Source: a virus (taxonomy: Duplodnaviria; Caudoviricetes). Taken from it: DNA of 64,000 nucleotides. The position numbers were made by a program, and so were the translations under genes. Shown in pieces: positions 38,658-48,900 of the stretch. How positions within the stretch are numbered: position 1 is the first letter of the stretch; every line of letters starts with the position of its first letter. Below the pieces are notes generated by a model. The model was not told the DNA's origin, ran no database searches, and worked only from the letters and a program-made list of their open reading frames with translations. The stretch covers positions 33,284-97,283 of the IMG/VR virus record IMGVR_UViG_3300035208_007155. One strand, written 5' to 3'.

Positions 38658-40694
38658 CTATATCAAGTCATTCTCAATCATTGGTCTTTGAACTCTAGAG
38701 GAGCCCTTTGATGCCGAAGCATATACTCTATCACTAATATGAAGATAGCCATCCTGTCCCATAACTATTACGGGCAGAACGCATCCCGACAAAGTACCAT
38801 CCTCATTCTCACAATCCTGTCCAGCATCTAAAATAATCAATGAATCTGCCAAAAATAGATGTAATCTGGCTTTGTTTATGTAATATTCTGTACTTTGGTG
38901 ATAACTAGTTTGGCTTACAATAGTTATCCAATTAGCTGGTTGTTCCTCTGATCCCACAATTGTATACATATCTTTGCATGTGGAGATTATATAAATACCG
39001 CCAACCCTTAAAAATACATATCCATCTGTTGGCGATTCTTGAAATCGCAAAATATGTGGACCACATGGATTACATTCTTTGTCTTTTGTTCCACATTGTG
39101 GACTAAATATTTGAATGTATTGTTGTTGACATTCTTCTTGGCTATTATCATCATTAAATCGCATTTCTAAGCCATAGCCAGTCCGCAGTCTGCAATAAGC
39201 CTTTTTTGCCTTGGGAATAGGTCTCGATTCAGGATCAATAATTTCTGAGCCTTCATCTTGTGGTTTGTTTATTTCTTGACGATCAGGAGAATGTTGTTCA
39301 TTCTCTTCATCTAGCATCTCAAATATATGCTTAGATGTAGTTCTTAAAGTAATGCCACGTTTCTTTCCTGAAAGCTCTTTGTTTACCGTGTGGTCATTAA
39401 GTTCAACTGTGTTGCCACAAGCCGACACTAATCTAATAAGGTTTTGTGGGCCTCTGTTGTTTGTTTCATCCTCCTCGTCAAGCATTTCAAATCTATGCCC
39501 TGTGGGAGAAATAATTTTTACTTTTGTTTGACACTTATCTGTGCAACCAAAATCAAAACTTCCCAGACCTACTTCCCATGCCAAACCATCGCCAGGAACC
39601 TTTGGTTGCTCTACAGTGTCATCGAAAATAATGGTGGCACCACTTCTGGATAGAAGCTGAATACCACTCTGGTGTAGGCAAGCTTTGTTGTTTTGTGGTG
39701 TGCCCGGTCCTTTATAAGGAGCACATTCATTTTGGTGTTTAAAATAAGGATTGGCACATTTGGGCTTGCTTTTAGGGTCAAGACATTCGCCGGGCTTTTC
39801 TTTTGGCACCCAGTTCGAAGTTCCATCTTTGTTTTTTACTTCTTCCATACATTCTGATTCATCTCCACCCCCACAGCTACATTCGGGATGTGCCCATTGT
39901 CCCATAGGATGTAAAAAGTCATCCTTGAAAATCATCCAGTTATTGAGGCTACTGCCAATTTCTATTCTTTTATATCTGTGTCCACACTTATAATTTCCAT
40001 CATCCAATTTGACATAATGCTTTTGCGGAGTCTTAAACCCATAAATATGCGGATAAGTAACCTTTCGCTTAGCAATGGCATCATCATCCATTAGTCTTTC
40101 TTTGTTGGCGTCAATTCCATTGTAGTTTTCTGTATTCCATTGCGGCAGGCACTGAGAACCGTCATTGGGTGGCAATAAATATCCCTTACGATGGCCTTCG
40201 TGAATTTTATAGTATTCTTCAACATTATATTGAAAATTATGTTGCCCATCTGGGTCTCTGTTTCTTCCCCAAGTTGTACCCATATAATAAGGATAGCGTC
40301 GGCTACCTCTGCCAAAAACAATACATAACAAAGAGCCAGCAGGTGGAACCCATACTAAGCCGCAATCATCAAATCCGCCCATAGCCGAAATAGGCCAAGC
40401 CCATTCACATTGCTCAATTTGTGTCTTTTCATTATTCATTTCTGGGCTGTAAAATCTTACCCTGCCTTGTTTTAGGGGATCAATTGTGTCAACACATAAC
40501 CCCAGATAAACACCAAAATATGTCTCGGCTTGTGGCACTATTTTCCAACGTTTTTTAACTTCGCTGACGACCATTCTTTTGGTGTCATAGCCAAGCTCTG
40601 CAAAACGAGCCTCCACTTCTAATAATCGCTGGTTTAATGCTCCTATTTGACCAGGAATTGTTTTAGGCAAATTGCCTCTGTGACCCATTCTCAT
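38658..40694 (-). CDS. Baseplate central spike (gp5/VgrG OB-fold), Cys-rich
   Basis: DPLKQGRVR, VPPAGS..CIVF..G...PYYMG, followed by GH/G-turn beta-helix repeats. Confidence 0.8.
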   Translation of the reverse strand: MRMGHRGNLPKTIPGQIGALNQRLLEVEARFAELGYDTKRMVVSEVKKRWKIVPQAETYFGVYLGLCVDTIDPLKQGRVRFYSPEMNNEKTQIEQCEWAWPISAMGGFDDCGLVWVPPAGSLLCIVFGRGSRRYPYYMGTTWGRNRDPDGQHNFQYNVEEYYKIHEGHRKGYLLPPNDGSQCLPQWNTENYNGIDANKERLMDDDAIAKRKVTYPHIYGFKTPQKHYVKLDDGNYKCGHRYKRIEIGSSLNNWMIFKDDFLHPMGQWAHPECSCGGGDESECMEEVKNKDGTSNWVPKEKPGECLDPKSKPKCANPYFKHQNECAPYKGPGTPQNNKACLHQSGIQLLSRSGATIIFDDTVEQPKVPGDGLAWEVGLGSFDFGCTDKCQTKVKIISPTGHRFEMLDEEDETNNRGPQNLIRLVSACGNTVELNDHTVNKELSGKKRGITLRTTSKHIFEMLDEENEQHSPDRQEINKPQDEGSEIIDPESRPIPKAKKAYCRLRTGYGLEMRFNDDNSQEECQQQYIQIFSPQCGTKDKECNPCGPHILRFQESPTDGYVFLRVGGIYIISTCKDMYTIVGSEEQPANWITIVSQTSYHQSTEYYINKARLHLFLADSLIILDAGQDCENEDGTLSGCVLPVIVMGQDGYLHISDRVYASASKGSSRVQRPMIENDLI

Positions 40695-40700
40695 ATTTTT

Positions 40701-42110
40701 TTATCCTTGATTTTTAGCATCTTGTGGCAACTCTAAACTAATTGTAGTAGTGTATGAGCCCTCACTGATATTGTGGCACACACCAGTTATTTTCCATTTT
40801 TTATGGCTCAAATAAGTGTTGCATCCAGGCTCAGCCAACCAATCGGCACAATCTCTTCCTCCCCCACCAACCAAATGGAAAGGATTAATTACCACAACAG
40901 AAGCCCATCTAATTACAGTTTCTTTAACACCACAAAATTCCCTGGCTGGATTTCCCACAATTCTTAATTCTGCTTTTATGGGCTCTTTTTGCATAAAGAT
41001 TGCATTGGCCTTGGTGTGTTCTGATTGTGATTTTTCAGTCTCTTTGCCAGCTTTTTCCATAAAATGATTTACGGCTTGGGCAGATATTAGAACGCTTTGG
41101 AACGCACCTGTGTTTTCGCTAGTGCCAGGACAAATCTTATTATCCTTTTTTATGGGCTCTGAATTTGCAGGATTATTTCCACCGCCAGCACCAAATTTAT
41201 TGAATGAAACCATCCAATTGATTTGTGGTGAGAAACTTATTACTGGACTGCAAAGGCCACCATTGACTATAAAAGTACCAATGCTGTTTTCACAATTATT
41301 CTCATTTTTGCAACCTTCTGGGTCTTCCCAAAATATAATAGTATTACTTAGCGGATCAAAAGAAGGAACAATTCCTTTATCATCTTTTGTATGAAATGGT
41401 TCTAGCCATTCCATAGCGGCTGCTAACTTGTTTTGATTGTCTGTCGTCCATCTATCTTTAGGTCCACGAGGAGGTATATTAGGACCACCAAAATCCCACT
41501 CTACGGGCGAGCCACCATTTTGACTTTTCTTCAAAAACTCTACCTTGCAGGTTGGTGGTTTTTCACCAAAGAGTTTAATGATAGCATCTTTCAGATGCAT
41601 TTTTTGTACTTTGTCCCCCCCAAAAGAATCGCTGTGCCTACTGGCAAAAATAGCCTGTAAAACATCATTGGCAGTTACTATAAACTTTATTTTTCCCTCA
41701 CTGAAACTTGTTTCAATGTTTGTCATTTCGGCTTCTATAATTGGGGATAATATTGGTGACATAGGACCATTACAATCACTCCCAACCCATCCGAATTGTG
41801 CCCTTACTTTTGGTTTGGTGTCAAATTCTTCAAGTTTTTTTGGCATGTCTTGAAAGAACTTATCGAAAGCTCCCCCTTGTTCATCAAAAATTTCTATCGT
41901 AAGCCCCATTCCATTAGACTTGTTGTATTCAAAACTTTTAATAATAGCTTCATGTGGTCTAGACGGAAATGATTTATTGCCAACTGTAACACCATTTTCC
42001 GCTGAACCTAGCCCAACCTTGACAAATGGAGCCATGTTCACGTAAGGCGGGGGCTTCAATAATGGAGGACAATAATAACTGTTGATACAACCAACTAAAC
42101 AATTAGCCAT
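40701..42110 (-). CDS. Baseplate hub (gp27/gpD-like)
   Basis: AELRIVGNP...WKITGVCHNISEGSYTT C-terminal motif; position before the spike. Confidence 0.7.
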   Translation of the reverse strand: MANCLVGCINSYYCPPLLKPPPYVNMAPFVKVGLGSAENGVTVGNKSFPSRPHEAIIKSFEYNKSNGMGLTIEIFDEQGGAFDKFFQDMPKKLEEFDTKPKVRAQFGWVGSDCNGPMSPILSPIIEAEMTNIETSFSEGKIKFIVTANDVLQAIFASRHSDSFGGDKVQKMHLKDAIIKLFGEKPPTCKVEFLKKSQNGGSPVEWDFGGPNIPPRGPKDRWTTDNQNKLAAAMEWLEPFHTKDDKGIVPSFDPLSNTIIFWEDPEGCKNENNCENSIGTFIVNGGLCSPVISFSPQINWMVSFNKFGAGGGNNPANSEPIKKDNKICPGTSENTGAFQSVLISAQAVNHFMEKAGKETEKSQSEHTKANAIFMQKEPIKAELRIVGNPAREFCGVKETVIRWASVVVINPFHLVGGGGRDCADWLAEPGCNTYLSHKKWKITGVCHNISEGSYTTTISLELPQDAKNQG

Positions 42111-42119
42111 AATTTTTCC

Positions 42120-42443
42120 TTAATATGGGTTACTCGGAAGCCTTATATTAGTTCCTGTTTTAAAATCATAAATATCGAAGATGTTATTAGCCTCCATAAT
42201 TTTCCACCAAAAGTCGGGCGTGCCATAAACCTCCATAGAAGCCCTGTCAGGACGATATTCCCAACCAGCAGGTATAACAGCATACATATCGTCTGACCTT
42301 GATTCATAAACATGCCTCTTGTAAGTTGTAAGTGTTAAAAGCTTAAAGTTGCCATAATAAATAATTTCACTATCAGCATACCTGCTAGTGGCTGTTACAA
42401 AACCCTGTGTTGAATAGGTCGTTCTTTCTAATTTATTAGCCAT
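42120..42443 (-). CDS. LysM-like baseplate wedge protein (gp53/gpX-like)
   Basis: RPDRASMEVYGTPDFWWKIMEAN...IRLP. Confidence 0.85.
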   Translation of the reverse strand: MANKLERTTYSTQGFVTATSRYADSEIIYYGNFKLLTLTTYKRHVYESRSDDMYAVIPAGWEYRPDRASMEVYGTPDFWWKIMEANNIFDIYDFKTGTNIRLPSNPY

Positions 42444-42979
42444 TATCTGCCATCCGTAAATATTCTGCTTTGCCCTGGTAAATCAGCACTTTTGTATACT
42501 ACTTCCCAAGTAGTATCTACATCAAATTGAACTGGTGTAAAAAGAGTTTTATTCCATGCTACATTTGTGGGAAATTTGACTGAATACTGCATTAAAATTA
42601 CACACAAGGGGTCTTTATCTGACAATAAAGAACCACATCTTATCATGCAAACTGGTGGTGGAATAAATGGAGCACCGCCGCCGCCAATATCTCTTGGATA
42701 AACTGCACTCTCCAACGCCCTTAAAAAGGATAAATTTTCATCAGCATCACCTGCTTTTGTAGTATAAAAATGCAATGTCATTGAAATTGTTCTGGGGGCC
42801 GAATGTGAATAAGTCTTCAAAGGACTAGCTCGACCAATAACTGTTTCGTCATTATATTGTGCTGATTTAGAATCTGATATGTCTGGCAAGGCTTTCATAA
42901 AAACAGTGCCAGCACCCGGAATCATAATCCAACAATTCGGAATTTCTACTAATGAACCACTGCCATCTGTTGCTTTCAT
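42443..42979 (-). CDS. Tail tube initiator-like protein
   Basis: IGRASP...YS.S..RTIS, PPPVC..RCG; directly follows the tape measure gene. Confidence 0.72.
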   Translation of the reverse strand: MKATDGSGSLVEIPNCWIMIPGAGTVFMKALPDISDSKSAQYNDETVIGRASPLKTYSHSAPRTISMTLHFYTTKAGDADENLSFLRALESAVYPRDIGGGGAPFIPPPVCMIRCGSLLSDKDPLCVILMQYSVKFPTNVAWNKTLFTPVQFDVDTTWEVVYKSADLPGQSRIFTDGR

Positions 42980-42988
42980 ATTTATCCT

Positions 42989-45900
42989 TTAGACTACGCC
43001 TACGTTAGTTTCTCCTGTAGAGGGAGTGCCCGATTGCAATCCAAATTGCCACCTTGCATAATCTGTTGATTTTGGTGGCGTCATATGACTTCTTGAAGAG
43101 GTTGTACCTTGACCGCTCGCACGCATGACTTCACTCGGCTTCATTAAACTTACCAGAGTAGCAATATTTTCATTTATTTCTACTAAATTCTTTACTTGCT
43201 CCTCATTCAAAGCTTCCAACTTGGTGGTTTGTGTCGTTCCACTAACAGCAGATTGAGACGCACTTTGCTCTTGTCGTATGCGATCATAAACATCATTTAC
43301 AGGACTGGCATTAGCTGGCACATTAGTGGCTGGTTCTATCTTGGGAATGGGCATCCTTCCATCTGCCATGTTGTTTGCCGCTCCCACAGCCGCTACTTGA
43401 TTATTAAGGTTTTGTTTTAACAACTGAGAATGCATAGTTTCTGGCAAAGCATTTGGTGCATAACCACGAGCATAACCAGCTTGTATGCTTTGGTGAAAAT
43501 CAAGTGCTGTTGGTGTTGCCGCTGATACTGGCGTTGTGGTTACTGGTGCTGTTGGTGTTGCTGCCGAAACTGGCGTTGTGGTTACTGGTGCTGTTGGTGT
43601 TGCTGCCGAAACTGGCGACTCAGACACAAGTTTTCCATTTATAAAAGTACCAGATGTTCTACCAGCTTGACTCAACTGATTACTACGGTCGTCCTTGCCT
43701 TGATGAAGCTGCCATTGTCGGTATTGTAGTTCTCTGGCTTTTGCTGGCCCTAATGATTTTCCTCGTCCATTTGGATCAAATTTAAACTCGTCTGTAACTG
43801 CGGCTGCTGGTGTCGCTGCCGCTACTGGTGTGGTTGGAACTGTAACTGCGGTCACTGGTGTCGCTGCTGCTACTGGTGTTGCCGCAACTGGTGTGGCTTT
43901 AATTTCTTCTAATTTCTTCCTTGTTGTTTCTACCTCTGTTTGAGCGGCTTGAACTGCTGCCTGAGATGCTTTTTGATCTGCTTCAATTGCTGAACTGTTC
44001 ATCCACTTGGTAAACCAATTGCCCTCTGGGTTCATGGATTTTTCAAGATTAGTCTTTTGTCCCTCTAGGAATGCTTCATTAGCAGCCAATAGTTCTTCAA
44101 ATTCTTTTACACTCTTGTCTTTTTCTGCTGCTGAAATACCAGCTTGCTTCTTTGCTTCGTTGCCCCTTTGTTCTATTATTGCTTTGTTCGCCTCCCCACC
44201 AGCTTTAGCCATCCTTTCAGTTTTTTCTGCTGCCGTTTTAGCAGCTTTGGTTTCTTCCAATGTTAATTTGTTTGATATCCAATTTGCAACTTCCGTAATA
44301 CCTTTTTGCAATAATTCAAAAGGCGATTTGAGCAAATTCCAAGCACCATCAGCAATTGCCAAGAATCCCGACTTAACCTTGCCCCACACCCAACCAAGGC
44401 CAGTACCAATATGCGAGAATCCAGATTTAACCCAATCCCAACTTACCGAAAGCCCCTTTGCCATTGTTTGGAAAGGCCAACTAACTATATCCCAAGCTCC
44501 CTTGAGACCACTGCCAATTAATGAAAATCCTGATTTAATTCCGCCCCACATTACACCAAGTCCCTTGCCTATTAGTTTGAAGGGCGAGCTAATCAACTTC
44601 CATGCTGCACCGAGTCCCTTGCCTATTAACTTGAAGGGAGCACTAATTATACTCCATGCCCAACTAAGCCCCTTGCCAATCAATGAGAATCCTGATTTAA
44701 TAGTGTCCCAAACACCACTAAGACCGCCTCCAATGCCCTCGCCAATTGAGAACCAGGATTTGATCCAATTCCACACTTTTTCAACTCCATTCGCTATCAT
44801 TCTGAATGGCCAACTAATTACATCCCAGGCAGCACTAAGCCCATCACCAATCAAGGAGAAACCAGATTCTACCCAACCCCAGGCCACATCAAGCCCCTTG
44901 CCAATCATTTCAAATGGCCAACTAATTATGTCCCAGGCAGCACTAAGCCCCTCGCCAATCAATGAGAACCCTGATTTTACCCAACCCCAGACTACACCAA
45001 GTCCCTTAGCCATCATTCTGAATGGCCAACTAATGATGCTCCAAGCCCAACTAAGCCCCTTGCCAAGTAATACAAACGCTGGTTTAACAATACTGTTCCA
45101 ATACCAACCAAGGAACTTGCCAATTAGTGAAAATGCTTTAATTATCATTCTGATTGGGAAAAGCAATACTTTGGCAAAGAATCCCAATACTTTGATTATC
45201 AACTTGATGGGGAACATCAATGCTTTTACAAAGAAACCAATAACTTTAATCAATAGTCGAATGGGCACAAGAAGAACTTTCAGAATAATGCCAATTGTGC
45301 CTCCAATAATCTTGGCAGCGGTGCCTAATACCCATCCAACTGCCTTAAATATTGTGCCTATTATTGTGCCAATAAATTTTACAACTGTTCCTATGGCTGA
45401 TCCTATGGTTTTAAGAGCGGAAATAAAACCGCCAGTAGCAGCACCAGCTTCACCGCCTACGCCACCTGCACCACCGCCGCCAAACAAACTTATGATTGGT
45501 TGGAATATCGATTTAATCGTATCCCAAAGAGTGCTAAACACACTTCCAATTTCTGTGAATATGTCTACAACCGTATCCCAAAGGTCTGTAAATACCTCTA
45601 TGATAGGTGCAAATATTGCTTTAGTTCCTTCCCATATTCCGCTAGCATATGATTGAATGCCTTCCCAAATACCGCTGAATATTTCGCTTAAACCATCTTC
45701 AAAACCCTGCCATATGCCACCAAATAAAGCATCCATTCCAGCCATGAAGGTTTCTTTTATTTTGGCAAATATATTCTCAAGACCAAATGCCTCCAATATC
45801 ATTCCTGGCACAGCAGTTAAAACATCCCAAATCATTTCGGGTATGCTCACTATTGCATCCCAAATCATGCTCGCAATCTTGCCAGGAAATGCCTTGATTT

Positions 45901-48900
45901 CTGCCCATGCTCCACTAAAATCAAGTGTGGCTAATTTGCCCAAAACACTGAATAGACTACCCAGAGTCGTCCATAAAATTCTGAATGGCAACAGTACGTA
46001 TTTCCATATAAACGTGCCCAAAGCTCCTAAAACCTGTATCAAAGCCCTAAGTGGAATAAGCAATATATCCACAACTTTGCCCAGCATTTGGAATGTCTTT
46101 CCAAGAATTCCAACAGCAGGCGGCTCCACAGCAACTTCGGCGGATTGCAATGCTGCATTAGGAGTTCTGCGAAGACCATCAACACCAAGAGTGGCTTCTG
46201 GACCTATTCTTGCCAAGCGTGGTCCATTTGGTCCCATTTCTTGTCGATAAGTTCTGCCTTCTTCGGTTCGATAATCTCTGTATGCTCTGCGATTTGTTGC
46301 TGCTGATTCTGTAGCATCAAATTCTGGAGCGATTGCAGCTTCGGTAGCTTTGGTGGCAGCAGCTTCTGGTTTTGCTTCTTCCTTGATGCCAAGCCACTTC
46401 TTTAGCCATCCAGGCATCATGCTAATTAATGCACCTATTGTATGGTCATATAACCAACCACCAAATGCTGCAAATGGCTCAGAAATTGTCTTCCAAAGCC
46501 AAGCACCAGCATCTGTAAAGTAACCAAACGAATGATCCCATAGCCATTTCCCAACATTGACAAACGGGGAAACAAACATCTTGTAAAGAATTTTGCCTAC
46601 TGATGGGAAGTCAAAGTTCAATAATGCCATCGTCAAATCATAGACATCTTCAAAGAAACCAATGATACCCTTAATCACTGGAGCTAATAGTTTTGCAATT
46701 AGTTTCACCACAAAAGCTATGGCTTTCACAACCCACATCACAGGTGTCAAAATAACCTTAATCAAGAAGCCAACAATCTTGCCAATGGCTTTAAATATTC
46801 CACCAATTACTTTGCCTATGAAACCAAGAACATTAGCAATTGTCTCAAATATACCGACTGCTTCACCTCCTTGCGTGGTAAACGCCTCAAGAATTGGACT
46901 CAAAGCATCCGTGAAGAGATTTATAACTTCCTTTACAGCATCTATAACTGGTTCTACAGCAGCTACTAAGCCTTCCCAAACACCAATTAACACATTCTTT
47001 ATAAATCTATAAATTCCAACCAATATGCCTAATAAAACTTCTAATACCAGCATTATCGGACCTAGCACAGGAATAAAGTAGCCGAATGTTCTAAAGATTT
47101 TGGCAAGTGCCACCGTCAACGTTCCAGTAGCTCCAATGTATTTGCTGAATATTCCAAATGTCATGAAATTCAAAGCACCCGTAAGCATACCAGCAGCACC
47201 GGCTGATAATTTTTCGTGCATACTAAGTTGCTCTTGTTTCTTGTTGAAAATTTCAGCGGCCTTATTCATTGATTTGAATCCCTGAATAAGAGAACCAATT
47301 ACCGAAACAGCAGCGACAATAACAGCTACAGCTATTGCCACGGGCCATGCCAAAGCAGAAATAGTAGCCCCTAAACCAGCGAGAGCCCCACCAGTTGTGC
47401 CAGCAGCAGCAGCAGTCGCCCCAGCAGCACCTTCTACCACGCCACTAACTCCCACTAATGTGGAAGTGGTGCCTAATGCAGCAGTACCTAATGCTGTTGT
47501 CTCTGCTCCTATTCCCGCTAATGTGGAAGTGGTGCCTAATGCAGCAGTACCTAATGCTGTTGTCTCTGCTCCTATTCCTGCTAATGTGGAAGTTGCTTGT
47601 AATGCGGCAGGTGCCAATGCCGCTGTACTGCTTTCCATTCCAACCAGTGTCGGCAAAGTCTTCAATGCAGCACTGCCAACGCCAGCCGTTACTTCTTCCA
47701 TTCCCACTAATTGAGGCAAGGATTGCAGTGCGGTAGTGCCAAGTCCAGTCAATTCAGATTCTATTCCTGATAACACCTGTCCAGAACCGGGAAGCATCTT
47801 GACATCTTCCAAGCCTTTTTCCACCACACCACCAACTTTACCTAATTTTGGTTTGCCGCCCAATATTTGCTGAGTTTTTTGCTGAGTCTTAGACGTAGGT
47901 CCGTGACCTCCCATTATTTGCTTTAACTCCTGCTTAGCCCGAGCTTCAAGATGTGCCAAAGACACATAAATGGTATGTTTGCTTGTTGCTGCTTTATAGA
48001 GATTGGCACTGGATTTTGAAATCTTTTCTAATGTGGGCTGTGCCTTATCTTCTTTTTTCTTGAAAGCATCTTTGATAGAAGCCCACACTCCTTTTTTCTC
48101 GCCCTCAGGTTCCGCTTTTTCTTCTTTGCCTTTCCACATGGACTTGATGGCACTCCACGCACCTTTTGCACCACCACCACCCTCAGCCGCATTGGTGCGG
48201 AATGTTCCAAATCCTTCTCTCACACCTTTGCCAAAAGTTGCCAAGCTTTTCCCGATTACGCCCGCTCCATAAGAAAATGCCACTAGTTCAGCCATTAACT
48301 TGACTATCATCATGACCTGTAAATACAAGCCAGACCAACGTCTAACAGCACCACCAAAGTATAGTCGTATCCTCTCATTAATTGTGTCTAATATTTGAGT
48401 CATGTGACTAAATGGATCGGCAGCTTTCTTTTCCTTCATTGCCAATCGCTGCGACTCCTCATTCATTGCTTCGCCAATTGTTTTTATTCCCTTTAAATTA
48501 CCAGCACTAAGAGCCTTTGAAATTTCGCCAGTAAAATCTTTACCACCAGCCTTCTTTAACTTGTCGGCACCGTACATCAAAGATTCACTTGCCATCTTAA
48601 ATGAATCAGATGTATTAATTCCAAGATCATTGATGTCTTGCATCATGTCTTCGTTTTTAGATATATTGGTAGAAAACTTCGCCATAGCTTCATTCATGTC
48701 GCCAGATTTTTCAGCGGCTTCTTGGAAAGTGCTAACAAGGTTCATACCACGACCTAATTGTAAATCTGATAATTGTTTCTCTAACAATAATCTTTGTTTT
48801 GCGGTGGTATTTTGGTCATTTATTTTTCCCGTAAGCTCATCCATCTGAGTGGTAAGAGACTTCCCAGAATTAGCAGCCGATTCTTGCATTCGTTTAAGTT

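Noticed and set aside
36620-42979. Bacterial contractile injection system or T6SS
   Set aside because: A primase, homing endonucleases, a very long tape measure gene and the lack of host housekeeping genes indicate a phage.
44007-46250. Long plus-strand ORFs (549 and 197 aa) inside the tape measure gene
   Set aside because: They are antisense shadows of repetitive tape measure codons, with no RBS or protein-like motifs.
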